Notes: generated by a model not told the origin, from the sequence alone. DNA of 64,000 nucleotides from Opitutia bacterium (GCA_947478395.1 CANJVR010000002.1:192001-256000), one strand, 5' to 3'. Shown: positions 46,532-57,361, numbered from the stretch's first letter. Numbers and translations are program-made.

Positions 46532-47215
46532 CTAGTTCGATTTCAACGGCATCGTTCCGGTTGAGTGACCCAATAACGCGCGATGCACTTCCGGTAGTCC
46601 GGGGAAAATACGGTCGGCTCCGTGAACTCGCAGTTCTTCGGCGGTGTGGGTTCCGGTCGTGACGACCCAGCACGGAAATCCCGCGTTGTGGGCCGCGTCG
46701 ACGTCCCAGGGAGAGTCGCCGACCAGCATCGTTCCCTCGGCTTTGGCGCCCAGCGCGCGCAGGACGTGGTCGGCGAATTCGGGCTGCGGTTTCAACCAGG
46801 GCGTGTCCATGGCGCCGAAAATGCCGCGCACCAGTGGCGTGACCCCGAGGTGGTCGCAGACTTCGCGGGCGGACGGGCCGTGTTTGTTGGTGAACACGGC
46901 GCAGGTTGCCCCTTGGGCATTGAGCGCGCGGATTAATTCGAGCGCGCCGGGCATCAATTTCAGGCCGACCAGCAGGTGCTGGGGAAAACAGGATCGATAG
47001 TACGCGGTCGCCTCGACCACCAACGCGGCGTGTTGGGGGCCGAAGAGTTTCGCAATGGCCTGCTCGATTCCGCCTCCGATGGCATTGCGAACATCGATTA
47101 ACGACGGTGGCGGAAGCCCGAAATGCGTCATCGTTTGTGTATGGCAACGGTGAATGGCCTCGAAGTGATCGAGGAGCGTTCCGTCGAGATCGAATAGAAA
47201 GGTTCGAAACAGCAT
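46532..47215 (-). CDS. HAD-family hydrolase (phosphoglycolate phosphatase-like)
   Basis: FDLDGTLLD, TNK, KPQP, VGDSPWD. Confidence 0.93.
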   Translation of the reverse strand: MLFRTFLFDLDGTLLDHFEAIHRCHTQTMTHFGLPPPSLIDVRNAIGGGIEQAIAKLFGPQHAALVVEATAYYRSCFPQHLLVGLKLMPGALELIRALNAQGATCAVFTNKHGPSAREVCDHLGVTPLVRGIFGAMDTPWLKPQPEFADHVLRALGAKAEGTMLVGDSPWDVDAAHNAGFPCWVVTTGTHTAEELRVHGADRIFPGLPEVHRALLGHSTGTMPLKSN

Positions 47216-47308
47216 AATCGGGCCGAAGCTTGCGGCGGATGGCGGTGGAAAAGCACGGAAATTGTTTTCGGTTTTGCTTTGCGGAGCGACGTAAGCAAAA
47301 GAGAGGTG

Positions 47309-48436
47309 ATGCCCGATCATCCCGATATCCTGAATGCCCTCGTATCGGCCCGGACCGATGGCACGGTGCTCACGGTCGAGCTCGCGGGAAAATGGCGCAT
47401 CACCGAACCACGCCCGGTCTGGGCGGAATTTATCGGGGCCCAAGCGCCCGAGTGCGTGCGGGTCGGAATGACGGACGTGGCAAAATGGGATGCGTCGCTT
47501 CTGCTGTTTCTTTTCGAGGTCCAGCGCTGGTGCCTGACGGCGAGCGCGGAGTGCGATTTATCCGGCCTGCCGGTAAAAGTTCAGGTGCTGCTAAAGCAGC
47601 TGACTGAGTCCCATGCTTCAAGTATCCCGGTCGATCGGTCGGAGAATTTTTTCACCGCGATCGGCAACGCCACGCAAGATGCGTGGGTGAAGGCGCGGGA
47701 AATCATGCACTTTGTCGGCGAGTGCGTGCTTGGTGCGATCCGATTTGTCGGCAGTCCGCATCGGTTTCGCTGGCGGGATTGGTTCGAGGAAATGCAACAG
47801 TGCGGAGCCATGGCGCTGCCGATCGTGAGTCTGGTGAGCCTTTTGGTCGGGGTGACGCTGGCCTACACGGGAGCGATCGTCCTGCGGCAGTATGGCGGGG
47901 ATATTTATATCGCGGATTTGATCGGGCTTTCGATGGTGCGGGAAATGGGTGCGGTGATGACGGCGGTGGTGCTTGCGGGCCGCACCGGTGCCGCCTTTGC
48001 GGCGACCATCGGGAACATGAAGGCCAATGAGGAAATCGATGCACTCGAAGCGCTCGGCATTCCCACGGTGCAGTTCCTCGTGTTTCCCCGCTTGCTCGCG
48101 CTAGGGGTGATGATGCCGCTGCTCGCATTGTACGCCAACGCCCTCGGAATTCTGGGCGGACTGATTGTTGCCTTCGGGCTCCTGTCGATCCCGCCGACGG
48201 CGTTTTGGGCCGAGATGCTCACCATCGTGGATTTGTCTGACATCGTGACGGGCGTCGTGAAAGCCACGGCGTTCGGCTTGATCGTGGGCCTTGCCGGATG
48301 CTTGCGCGGTCTGCAGGCGGAACGAAGCGCGTCGGGAGTCGGCCGCGCGGCGACGTCTGCTGTCGTGACCTCCATTCTACTGATCATCGTGGCCGACGCG
48401 GTTTTCGCGGTGGTGTTTAACGTTCTCGGAGTCTGA
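47309..48436 (+). CDS. MlaE-family permease with N-terminal STAS-like domain
   Basis: ALPIV, REMGAVMTAVVLAGRTGAAFAATIG, EEIDAL, PRLLAL, GVGRAATSAVV. Confidence 0.94.
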   Translation: MPDHPDILNALVSARTDGTVLTVELAGKWRITEPRPVWAEFIGAQAPECVRVGMTDVAKWDASLLLFLFEVQRWCLTASAECDLSGLPVKVQVLLKQLTESHASSIPVDRSENFFTAIGNATQDAWVKAREIMHFVGECVLGAIRFVGSPHRFRWRDWFEEMQQCGAMALPIVSLVSLLVGVTLAYTGAIVLRQYGGDIYIADLIGLSMVREMGAVMTAVVLAGRTGAAFAATIGNMKANEEIDALEALGIPTVQFLVFPRLLALGVMMPLLALYANALGILGGLIVAFGLLSIPPTAFWAEMLTIVDLSDIVTGVVKATAFGLIVGLAGCLRGLQAERSASGVGRAATSAVVTSILLIIVADAVFAVVFNVLGV

Positions 48437-48440
48437 AGCG

Positions 48441-49223
48441 ATGCACGAAAAAAACTCCAATGAAAGTTCGCCCGCGATCGAAGTGGAGAATCTCGCGTGC
48501 GGTTACCACGGGACATCGATCATAAAGCAGGCGTCCTTCACCGTTTCGCGCGGAGAGATTTTCTTTATCATTGGTGGGTCGGGCTGCGGGAAAAGCACGC
48601 TGCTGCGCCATCTTGTGGGCCTGAATAATCCAACGGAGGGCCACGTGAAATTCTTTGGCCAGTCGTTTACGGACGCGAACCCGGCGGCACGGCGCGCGCG
48701 GCTGAAGACGTTTGGCATGTTGTTTCAAAGCGGCGCGCTCTGGAGTTCGCTCACGCTGCGGCAAAATGTGGCGTTGCCCCTGGAGGAATATACCACGCTC
48801 GCCCCGCGTGAAATTGATGAAGTGGCGACGTTCAAACTCGCGCAGGTCGGGCTCACGGGCTTCGAAGATTATTATCCGTCGGAAATCAGCGGCGGCATGC
48901 GGAAGCGGGCGGGTCTGGCCCGCGCCCTCTCGCTCGATCCGGATATCGTCTTTTTCGATGAGCCGTCGGCTGGTCTCGATCCAGTGACTTCGCGCAAGCT
49001 CGACGAGCTCATTCTCCAGGTACGGGAAATGTTCGGCACCACCATCGTGGTCGTGTCGCACGAGCTGGCCTCGATCTTCAGCATCGCCGACCGGGTGATC
49101 ATGCTCGATCGCACGGAGCAGGGTATCATCGCCCAGGGGCCGCCGGCGGAACTCGCGGCGAATAGCAGCGACCCGCGCGTATCCGAGTTCCTGCGCCGGG
49201 TCGACCCCCGGCCAAAGAAATGA
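48441..49223 (+). CDS. MlaF-like ABC ATPase
   Basis: GGSGCGKS, FQSGAL, ISGGMRKR, DEPSAGLDP, SHE. Confidence 0.95.
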   Translation: MHEKNSNESSPAIEVENLACGYHGTSIIKQASFTVSRGEIFFIIGGSGCGKSTLLRHLVGLNNPTEGHVKFFGQSFTDANPAARRARLKTFGMLFQSGALWSSLTLRQNVALPLEEYTTLAPREIDEVATFKLAQVGLTGFEDYYPSEISGGMRKRAGLARALSLDPDIVFFDEPSAGLDPVTSRKLDELILQVREMFGTTIVVVSHELASIFSIADRVIMLDRTEQGIIAQGPPAELAANSSDPRVSEFLRRVDPRPKK

Positions 49224-49246
49224 AAAGATTGGCCGAGCCCGCGAAT

Positions 49247-49281
49247 TGTCGTTGCGAGGAACGGCGCGACGAAGCAATCCA
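49247..49281. repeat. REP-like half element
   Basis: TGTCGTTGCGAGGAACGGCGCGACGAAGCAATCCA, same family as 3781. Confidence 0.45.
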
Positions 49282-49335
49282 ACTATCCGCCTCCGCTGCG
49301 GCGCGGAGCGTACGCGCTATTGCCCACTAAAACCT

Positions 49336-50337
49336 GTGAAAACCAAGGTCAGTCCAGCCATCATCGGGGCTTTTGTGATTGGAGCGCTCGTGCTCGGCGT
49401 CGTGGCTTTGCTGTCGTTTGGCGGGGTGAGTTTTTTTGCGAAACCCCAGCGATTCGTCGTTTATTTCGATGAATCGATTCACGGCCTGACCCTCGGCGCG
49501 CCGTTGAAATTGCAAGGCGTGCCCGTCGGGCGCGTGGTGGACCTCAACATCCGCTACGACGAGAAAACTAACCTGTCGGCCGTCGCGGTCGTCTGCGAAT
49601 TCAGCAAGGATAAGCTCACGGACACCAAGGGCGTAGCCATCAATGTGTCCGACCGCGCCGAGCTACAGACCCTCGTGGATCACGGCTTGCGCGCCCAGCT
49701 CGGCGTGCAGGGCTATGCCACGGGCCTGTTGTTCGTCGAACTCGATTTTTTCAGTCCGAAGGAATATCCCGTCAATGCGCGGAGCACCGAACTCAAGTAC
49801 ATCGTGGTGCCCGCGGTGCCCTCTGCGATCTCGGGTATTTTGGCGAGTGCGACCGAGATTCTGACTAATCTGAAGCACGTGGATTTTGCGGGACTTTCTC
49901 GCGACTTGACGGGGTTGCTGGCGGAGGCGCGCAAGCGCGTCGATGGCGTTGATTTGAAAGGCACGCTTGAGCAATGGAAGAAAACCGGGTCGGCCGTTGA
50001 GGCGCTCGCGAGCTCCGCGGAGATCAAGCAGACCTTCGTGAACCTGAACGCGACACTGGCCGATCTGCGCACGACGCTCGGGAAACTCGATGGGCAAGTC
50101 GCGGCCACGGGCGGCGATCTGCACGCGACGTTGAATCAGGCGCAGGAGACGTTAAAGAATTTCAACGCGACCGCGGGTACGCTGCGAAATTTCATCAACG
50201 CGCAACAAGGTCTCGGCGAAGGCGCGAGCGAAACCTTTGCGAAGCTGGCCGAGGCGGCGGATGCCGTGCAGCGGCTGGCCGACTTCATCGAACGAAATCC
50301 GAATGCCATTCTCACGGGTAAAAAGCCGGCGCGCTGA
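49336..50337 (+). CDS. MCE/MlaD-family protein
   Basis: IGAFVIG, GLTLGAPLKLQGVPVGRV, GLRAQL, helical C-terminus ending ERNPNAIL. Confidence 0.93.
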   Translation: MKTKVSPAIIGAFVIGALVLGVVALLSFGGVSFFAKPQRFVVYFDESIHGLTLGAPLKLQGVPVGRVVDLNIRYDEKTNLSAVAVVCEFSKDKLTDTKGVAINVSDRAELQTLVDHGLRAQLGVQGYATGLLFVELDFFSPKEYPVNARSTELKYIVVPAVPSAISGILASATEILTNLKHVDFAGLSRDLTGLLAEARKRVDGVDLKGTLEQWKKTGSAVEALASSAEIKQTFVNLNATLADLRTTLGKLDGQVAATGGDLHATLNQAQETLKNFNATAGTLRNFINAQQGLGEGASETFAKLAEAADAVQRLADFIERNPNAILTGKKPAR

Positions 50338-50374
50338 GCGGCTCATTTTAATTTCAAAAATCACGTACACGAAA

Positions 50375-51022
50375 ATGAAAACCGCTGGACACCGTTTTTC
50401 GTCCTGGGCCGCGCTCGGGTTGGGCGTGAGCCTGGCGCTGCTGGGTGGCTGCAACATCATCCCGCCACCATCGGCGGATTTGACGCGCTACTACGTGCTG
50501 ACCATCCCGGCGCTCAGAGCGGCCGCGACGACGCCGAAAACGGGGGCGTTGCGGGTCGGTCTGCGCAACGTCGATCTCGCGCCGTATTTAAGAAAGGGCC
50601 TGCTGGTTGTGCGCACAGGCGAGAACGAGGTGACGTTTCCGAGCGATGCGCGCTGGGCGGAGCCGCTGGAGCAGGAAATCGTGCGCTCGCTGCGGGCCGG
50701 CTTGACCGCGGCGCCCACGGTGGGTCGCGTGCACTTGCAGCCATTTCCCCTCGATGGTGAGCGGGATTTCGATGTGAGCGTCCAAGTGTTCCATTGCGAA
50801 GGCGCCAGTGCTCCGGGGTCGAAGTCGGCGACGGTAAAATTCTCGGCGCTAATCGAGATTTCGACGGGCGGGATGAATCCGCAGCTGGTCGCGCGCAAAC
50901 TGTTCGTCGCACCGGAGAGCGCATGGGACGGCAGGGATTTCGCCCAGCTCGTCGGACAATTGAGTTCTGCGGTGGCGGCGCTGAGTCAGGAAGTCGTGGC
51001 GATCCTGCCGGATAAAAATTAA
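50375..51022 (+). CDS. PqiC-like ABC auxiliary lipoprotein
   Basis: Lipobox LLGGC, TRYYVL, APYL, RWAEPL. Confidence 0.9.
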   Translation: MKTAGHRFSSWAALGLGVSLALLGGCNIIPPPSADLTRYYVLTIPALRAAATTPKTGALRVGLRNVDLAPYLRKGLLVVRTGENEVTFPSDARWAEPLEQEIVRSLRAGLTAAPTVGRVHLQPFPLDGERDFDVSVQVFHCEGASAPGSKSATVKFSALIEISTGGMNPQLVARKLFVAPESAWDGRDFAQLVGQLSSAVAALSQEVVAILPDKN

Positions 51023-51111
51023 TGCGTTAGCGGGACCGTGAGGGGACGTGAGCTCAATCCTTGTTCCCCGCGGAGCCGCGGTCGGCGAAAGCCTGAATGA
51101 CGCTCGGCGCG

Positions 51112-51250
51112 AGAGCGGTTTAAATCTTCCGTGTCCGTTTTGAGATGCGGGCGTAGCGGCAGGCGTCTCTGCCTGCCGGGTTCAACGTTCTCGTAGCGGG
51201 CAGGCCGCCTGGACCAGCTGGCTAACGTCGGCCGAACCGATCTGACGTTC
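51112..51250 (+). mobile_element. MITE-like element, long form, degenerate right end (copy 6)
   Basis: AGAGCGGTTTAA..TTCCGTGTCCGTTTT..GTAGCGGCAGGCGTCTCTGCCTGCCG..GGCAGGC; right boundary approximate. Confidence 0.65.
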
Positions 51251-51418
51251 CGGCCGCAGCACATTCACCAGTCGCGTTCGCGCTGCCGTCGGCGGCCGCT
51301 TCCGATATTGGAAGGCCCGGGCCGCGCTAGTTATCGGCACCGGGCAAGCGGTCCGCCCGGAACGCCGTTCGCCTTCAACCGATGAAGGCGAGCGGCCGCA
51401 ATGCGCCAGTGAGGCGCC

Positions 51419-54400
51419 TTACAGATCGAAGGTTGTCGTGAAGATGAACTGCCGTGGATCGATGATGCGATATTGGTAGAAGCGGCCGTCGGGATTGACG
51501 GAGACGCCTTCGAGGCGGCCGCTTTCGAGGGCGCTGCGGACGTTGAGCTGGAAACGCGTGCCAATCTTGTTTTGGAACAGGCGGGTGCGGTAGCTCAGGT
51601 TGAGATCGACGTTTTCTTGGGGCTTGCTGAACACCGGCTTGTCCTTGTCGAGCGTGCGGATGACGCCATCGGCTTCGGGCGCCGCGCCGAGGTAACCGAT
51701 CGCGCGCTTGCTGGCCCAGCGGTAGGAGCCGCCGACGGAGACGTTTTTCATCCAAGGATGCGCGTCCGCGAGGCTGCCGAGGCCGGCCAGCTGGAAGTTC
51801 GTGAGGACGTTGAACGAGTATTTGCCCGACTGCGGCTTCTGCTTGCCCTGACCCGCGATGAGCGGAAGGAGCGCGTTGCGGACGTTGCCACTGTAATAGT
51901 TCGCCGGGACACCCTGACTGCCCTGATTCAAATTCCACCAGAGCGCGCCGGCATCCGGCAGTTGCGAGCCATCGGGCAGGAGGTCGGTCGGAATCTTAAT
52001 CGTGGTCCAGATCGGCAGACGCAGGGCGATAAACTCTTGGATGGTGCTGGAGATATTTGAATCGATGGCAATCTGCTGGTTGCCCGTGGCGCGCAAGGTC
52101 CAATAGCGCGTTGGGTTGAACTGCAGTTCGAGTTCCCAGCCCTTGGAGGTGGCGTCGCTGATGTCGGCAATGACCTTGTTGTTGGCGCTGTCGACGTAGC
52201 CCGGCTCGTAGCCGATGCGTTTGGCGGCGGCATCAGTCACCTGCTGCTGCGTCCACGTCGGGTGCAGCGTCTGCTCCCAGGTGGTTGCGGCATCGTAGAG
52301 GTTGAAAGACAGGACCTGGCCGCCGGGATGGAAATCGATGCCCAGCGCGCGGGTGGCAATGACCGTGGTGTTGGCGCGGGAGTTTTCCTGGGTGGTCTCC
52401 TGGCGGGAAATGCGGGCCGAAAACCGGTTGTCGAACATCGAGAGGCCGAAGCCGAATTCCTTCGTCTCGCCGCTGGGATTGGGGAGTTCGCGCAGAAAGA
52501 GGTCAAACGCGGTGTCTGCGGGGGCGAATGAGTCCGACTTGTTATAGTAGAAGCTCAAACCGTGCAGCGCCTGCGCCAGGAAGCGGGTGACGCCCGAGCC
52601 TCGCTCGGCCTCGTTCTTGAGGAAGCCAAGACTGCGGAACGGCTTCACGACGACGCCCTTTGAGAGCGTGTCGCCGAAGCGCCAGCGCTTGTTGCGGCCG
52701 AAGTTCCAGAGGTTGGTCTCGTCGAAGAAATTGTTGACCAGCGGAATCGTGAGGTTCGCCGAGGTGGCGACGCGATCCCTGCGCTTGCCGAAAGTGGTGA
52801 CGACCTGGTCGTTCAGGAAATAACTCTGAATGCTCCCGCCGAAGGTGCGGACCTTCTTCTTCTGGGAATCGAGCGCGAAGTAGACTTCCTCGATGTCCAC
52901 CGGCTCATCGGTGCGGTAAATGGTGGAGTTTGCGCCGGCAAAGGAGGCGAGGAATTTGCCGTTGTAGCGGTCGGGACCGGAGTTTGCCTGCTTCAGGCCG
53001 AGGTCGCCGCGGTTGCCCATGAAATAGACGGTATACATGAGTGAACCGTTGTTGGCGGCCAGATTGGTGGTCGGCGTGATTGTAGCCGGCAGGAAGTTCG
53101 GGTTGTCGATGATGGCGTCGTGATAGCGCAGGTTTTGCGGCGCGCTGGCGCTTAACTTATACTCGGCGTAGCCGATTGCGCGGTGCATGCCGAGCCACTT
53201 TAATAAATTCGTCTCGCGGCGCAGATCGAACTGGTAGGCGGCCTGGGCGCGGTAGCTGTCGTTAAACACCGGCTTGCGGAACACCTGGGGATTCACGCCG
53301 CCGATGAACGGGCGCAAGAAGAATGGATTGGGCCGGCCGTCGAGCAGCCGCTCGTTAACTTCGACCTGGAGGGTGGTGCCGACACCGTCGAGCTGGCCGA
53401 TGAACTGGCGGCGGTAATCGCTCTGATCCTCGCGCCGCCACGCGAGGTTCAGATCGAGGCGGTTGCGCGTGGTGTTGATAAAGCTCTGGTCGAGGTTGGC
53501 GTTAAAAATCTTGGCGCTCTGGATCTGGTAGGCGGAGGCGGCCATGTTGACGTTTTCCCAGTCGTAAACCGCCTTGTTGGTCGTGCCGGACACCTTGAAC
53601 AGCGGGCCGGCGGCCCCCTCGGTGGAGCTGGCGGCCAAGGACTGTGTGGTGGTGAGGCCCAGCGCGGCGTTGTTGGGATTCGCGCCACGGGTGATAAGCT
53701 GAATCCGGCCATCGGCGATGTATTCAAGGACGCGGCCACCGCCGAAGCCGGTGTTAATGCCGGTGGGAACAACGCCGACGGCTCCCGGGACACCGTTGAC
53801 TTTACCAATGCGGGTAAATGGATCCCACGTCGGGCTGCCGCGAGACAGCCAAAGGGATATGCTGTCGCGGGGCGTCAGCGAGTTGGCCCGGTTGGCCCAC
53901 TCGTGAAACTGCTCGAATGAACCGGTGAGTGTCGTGCCGCGGAACGGCCGCGCGGTGAATGCAATCTGCTGCCGGTTGGTGCGGTCGACCGACGGTTTGC
54001 GGAGGTAGCCCGTCTCGTTGTAGACGGCGGAGAAGCGCAGCGAGAGCTTGTTGCGGATGAGCGGGCGGTTAAGGTCGAGGCTGGTGCGGAACCCGCCGTA
54101 GTTGTCGAAGCGCGCGACGATCTGGGAACTCTCGCGGTTCACGTTGGCGCGGCTGGTGATGAGGTTGACGGTGCCGCCCGCGTCGCCAAGGCCGGCGAGG
54201 GTGGAATTGGAGCCGCGCGAGATTTCCACGGCCTCGACGTTGTAGGTGTCGATCGGAATCGAACCGCTGGCACTAAATCCGCCGACGGCGATGTTGGCCG
54301 CGGCGAGGCCGCGCACACGGTTCGAGCCGGTGGGATTGCCGGAGACATTGTCCCACACGCCTTCGTTGCGGCCGTCGGTGGCCGTTTCCGTATACTGGCC

Positions 54401-54856
54401 GGTGCCTTCCGTGCCGACCTCGTAGAGGAAGATGTCGTTGATATCGAGCGCGGCGGTGTCGATTAACTGCTGCTTCGTAACGACCGAAATGGAACCGGCC
54501 AAGTCCTCGAGCGAAGTGTTGAGGCGGTTGCCGGAGAGCGTGGTGAAGGCGGCGTACCCCTTGTCGTCTCCTGCATTGACCTCGAACGGCGAGAGTCGGA
54601 CCGCCTCTTCTTGGGCGGAGCCCGTCGCGGATGAGACCACCTCTTTTGCGAGCTTGGCGTCGTCGGCTTGCATGGTCGATAGCTCGCTGGGATCGAGGCG
54701 GCCGTTCTTGTTGGTATCGTATTTCGCGAGTTGTTGCGGGGTGGGCGGAGCGGCGATGGTTGACTGCGCGTGAGTCAGCGCGGAGGCGGCAGCACCGAAG
54801 GCAATCAATACGATGAGGCGTAACACACGGATTGAATCCAGGTTGTAGTTTTTCAT
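51419..54856 (-). CDS. TonB-dependent receptor with N-terminal EF-hand-like loop
   Basis: Signal peptide, LSPFEV, SISVVTKQQLIDT, RVRGL, VEAVEISRGSNS, GGTVN plug motifs; C-terminal DPRQFIFTTTFDL. Alternative start 54919. Confidence 0.93.
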   Translation of the reverse strand: MKNYNLDSIRVLRLIVLIAFGAAASALTHAQSTIAAPPTPQQLAKYDTNKNGRLDPSELSTMQADDAKLAKEVVSSATGSAQEEAVRLSPFEVNAGDDKGYAAFTTLSGNRLNTSLEDLAGSISVVTKQQLIDTAALDINDIFLYEVGTEGTGQYTETATDGRNEGVWDNVSGNPTGSNRVRGLAAANIAVGGFSASGSIPIDTYNVEAVEISRGSNSTLAGLGDAGGTVNLITSRANVNRESSQIVARFDNYGGFRTSLDLNRPLIRNKLSLRFSAVYNETGYLRKPSVDRTNRQQIAFTARPFRGTTLTGSFEQFHEWANRANSLTPRDSISLWLSRGSPTWDPFTRIGKVNGVPGAVGVVPTGINTGFGGGRVLEYIADGRIQLITRGANPNNAALGLTTTQSLAASSTEGAAGPLFKVSGTTNKAVYDWENVNMAASAYQIQSAKIFNANLDQSFINTTRNRLDLNLAWRREDQSDYRRQFIGQLDGVGTTLQVEVNERLLDGRPNPFFLRPFIGGVNPQVFRKPVFNDSYRAQAAYQFDLRRETNLLKWLGMHRAIGYAEYKLSASAPQNLRYHDAIIDNPNFLPATITPTTNLAANNGSLMYTVYFMGNRGDLGLKQANSGPDRYNGKFLASFAGANSTIYRTDEPVDIEEVYFALDSQKKKVRTFGGSIQSYFLNDQVVTTFGKRRDRVATSANLTIPLVNNFFDETNLWNFGRNKRWRFGDTLSKGVVVKPFRSLGFLKNEAERGSGVTRFLAQALHGLSFYYNKSDSFAPADTAFDLFLRELPNPSGETKEFGFGLSMFDNRFSARISRQETTQENSRANTTVIATRALGIDFHPGGQVLSFNLYDAATTWEQTLHPTWTQQQVTDAAAKRIGYEPGYVDSANNKVIADISDATSKGWELELQFNPTRYWTLRATGNQQIAIDSNISSTIQEFIALRLPIWTTIKIPTDLLPDGSQLPDAGALWWNLNQGSQGVPANYYSGNVRNALLPLIAGQGKQKPQSGKYSFNVLTNFQLAGLGSLADAHPWMKNVSVGGSYRWASKRAIGYLGAAPEADGVIRTLDKDKPVFSKPQENVDLNLSYRTRLFQNKIGTRFQLNVRSALESGRLEGVSVNPDGRFYQYRIIDPRQFIFTTTFDL

Positions 54857-55489
54857 GGGTATCGGCAGGTTGGTGAGCTGATCCCGAAAACTGGGCCAGG
54901 CCAGCGTGGGGTCTCTCATCGGGGGGAGAAATCCGGGGGAAATGAGGTTTCCAACGGACTAAACGATCGGGGTCGAAGCGGGGATGTCAGGGGAACGTCC
55001 TGTGGCGCGCAGCCAAAGACGGTGGGGTCTGACGACGGTGCGCACGCGATTTCCCTGAGTCAATGGACTAAATTACCTGACGCCAAAGCCATCGCTGGCC
55101 CCAAGGCTTTGCCGAGATCGTGGCCGGCTTTATCCTTCACCTTCGCGATGCCGCGCCCAGAGCCACAGCGAAGCGCGCTGGAGCGTCGAAGCCGCCTCGT
55201 CACGAAATCGAATCCCTGGGTGCTCCTGGGCTACCCGGCGATTTGTTCATCATCACGAGGCTGGGGAAACATCCACCCCGCGGCGCCGTTTATCCTTTTG
55301 GTCGTCTAGCCGGCGCCCAGCCGAAATCGAATCGTCGCCGGAAAGCTCGCCGCTTCATCCGTCATCTTTATCACCGGCGCCTGGCTAAATACAGAGCCCG
55401 CGACCAGCGCGGATGCGCAGGCAAGCACCGACGATTCCTATTCCAACCAAACCACTTTAGCGCGTCTCGATTGCTCGTTTTCAGAAAAC

Positions 55490-55519
55490 AAAAAAGGCCC
55501 GAGACGAGCTCGGGCCTTT
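55490..55519 (-). terminator. Intrinsic terminator of typA
   Basis: Minus strand AAAGGCCCGAG-CTCGT-CTCGGGCCTTTTTT, about 20 nt past the typA stop. Confidence 0.85.
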
Positions 55520-55540
55520 GATCTGCAGAGAGGGGAAACT

Positions 55541-57361
55541 TTAGGCCTTACCCGACTTCGAGGCCTTCTGCCGGGCGCCGTTGTTCAAGATCCGCTTGCG
55601 GAGACGCAGGCTCTTGGGCGTGACCTCGACGAGTTCGTCGGCGGCGATGTATTCGATCGCGCGTTCGAGTGAAAGCTTGGACGCAGGCGTCAAACCCGTG
55701 GCGACACCGGAACCTTGCGAACGGAAGTTCGTCAGTGCTTTTTCACGGACGGCGTTACAAGCGATGTCCTCGTTGCGAGGATTTTCGCCCACGATCATGC
55801 CTTCGTAGACTTGCTCGCCGGGGCCGACGAAAAGCTTGCCGCGTTCCTGCACCATCACGAGGGCATAGGAGGTGGTTTCACCCGCTTCCGTTGCAATGAG
55901 TGTGCCGGTGATGCGCGTGAGTACTTCGCCCGCGAACGGACCGTATTCCTTGAAGAGATGGCTCAGTACGCCGCGACCGCTGGTGGCGTTGACGACATCG
56001 ATTTCCATGCCGATCAGGCCGCGCGTGGTGATGGTCGCCTCGATCATTGTGGAGTGGGGCAGCTTCTCCATGTTCGTGAGAAGGCCTTTGCGGTTGGCGA
56101 GATTCTGCATGATCGAACCGACGCATTCGTCGGGCACTTCGATCCAGACGGTCTCGAACGGCTCGAGGCGGCCGCCATCGTCGGAGCGTTTTTCGATCAC
56201 GGTCGGACGAGAAACGAGCAGTTCAAAACCTTCGCGGCGCATGGTTTCGACCAGGACGGCGACCTGCATGGCGCCGCGGGCCTTGACGTTGAAGATGCCG
56301 GCCTTGTCGCTGTCTTCGATCTTGATCGAGACGTTCGTCTTGAGTTCGCGCATCAGGCGCTCGCGCAGCTGACGGGATGTGACGAGCTTGCCTTCCTGAC
56401 CGACGAGCGGGCCGTCGTTGACGCAGAACTGCATCTCGAGGGTTGGCGGGTCGATTTGCGTGAAGGGCAGGGCATGACCCGCTTCGTCTGCGGTGAGGGT
56501 GTCGCCAATGTCGATATCCTCGAAGCCGGAGAGGCCGACAATGTTTCCGGCGACGGCCGTTTCGGTTTCGCGGGTGCCGAGGCCGGTAAATTCAAACACC
56601 TTGGTGATTTTCGCGCGGACGCGTTTGCCGTCCTCGTGACGCACGATGAAAACCGTCTGGCCGACGGTGGCGGTGCCGCCGAGGATCTTGCCGACCGCGA
56701 TACGGCCGACGTAGTCGCTCCAATCGATATTGGAAACGAGCATGTGGAACGGCTCGTCGGGCTTGGCGAATGGGGGTGGAATGTGGTCGAGGATCGTTTG
56801 GAAAAGAGGGGACATGTCCTTCTTTTCTTCGCCGAGATTGTACATCATGTAGCCGTCGCGGCCCGAGCCGTAAACGACCGGAGCGTCGAACTGTTCCTCG
56901 GTGGCGTTGAGTTCCATCAGGAGCTCGAGCACCTTGTCGTACATCTTGGCTGGCTCGGCGTTATCGCGGTCAATCTTGTTGATCACGATCACGACCTTAA
57001 GACCGTGCGCGAGTGCCTTGCGGAGCACGAAACGCGTCTGGGCTTGGGGACCGTCGTAAGCATCGATGACGAGCAATACGCCGTCGACCATGCGCAGCGC
57101 GCGCTCCACTTCGCCGCCGAAATCGGCGTGGCCGGGGGTGTCGACGATATTGACGATCTTTTCCTTCCAGTGAACGGACGTGTTCTTCGCTTTGATCGTG
57201 ATGCCCTTCTCTTTTTCAAGGTCCATGGAGTCCATGGCGCGTTCCTCAACCTGTTGGTTGGCGCGGAAGACTCCGCCTTCTTTAAGGAGCTTGTCGACGA
57301 GTGTGGTCTTGCCGTGGTCGACGTGAGCGATGATGGCGATATTACGGATGTTCTGGTTCAT
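55541..57361 (-). CDS. typA: Translational GTPase TypA/BipA
   Basis: [61 protein letters not shown]. Confidence 0.98.
   Translation of the reverse strand: MNQNIRNIAIIAHVDHGKTTLVDKLLKEGGVFRANQQVEERAMDSMDLEKEKGITIKAKNTSVHWKEKIVNIVDTPGHADFGGEVERALRMVDGVLLVIDAYDGPQAQTRFVLRKALAHGLKVVIVINKIDRDNAEPAKMYDKVLELLMELNATEEQFDAPVVYGSGRDGYMMYNLGEEKKDMSPLFQTILDHIPPPFAKPDEPFHMLVSNIDWSDYVGRIAVGKILGGTATVGQTVFIVRHEDGKRVRAKITKVFEFTGLGTRETETAVAGNIVGLSGFEDIDIGDTLTADEAGHALPFTQIDPPTLEMQFCVNDGPLVGQEGKLVTSRQLRERLMRELKTNVSIKIEDSDKAGIFNVKARGAMQVAVLVETMRREGFELLVSRPTVIEKRSDDGGRLEPFETVWIEVPDECVGSIMQNLANRKGLLTNMEKLPHSTMIEATITTRGLIGMEIDVVNATSGRGVLSHLFKEYGPFAGEVLTRITGTLIATEAGETTSYALVMVQERGKLFVGPGEQVYEGMIVGENPRNEDIACNAVREKALTNFRSQGSGVATGLTPASKLSLERAIEYIAADELVEVTPKSLRLRKRILNNGARQKASKSGKA

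Noticed and set aside
11218..51250. GTAGCGGCAGGCG repeats as a CRISPR array
   Set aside because: Copies are dispersed kilobases apart, not regularly spaced, and no cas genes are present.
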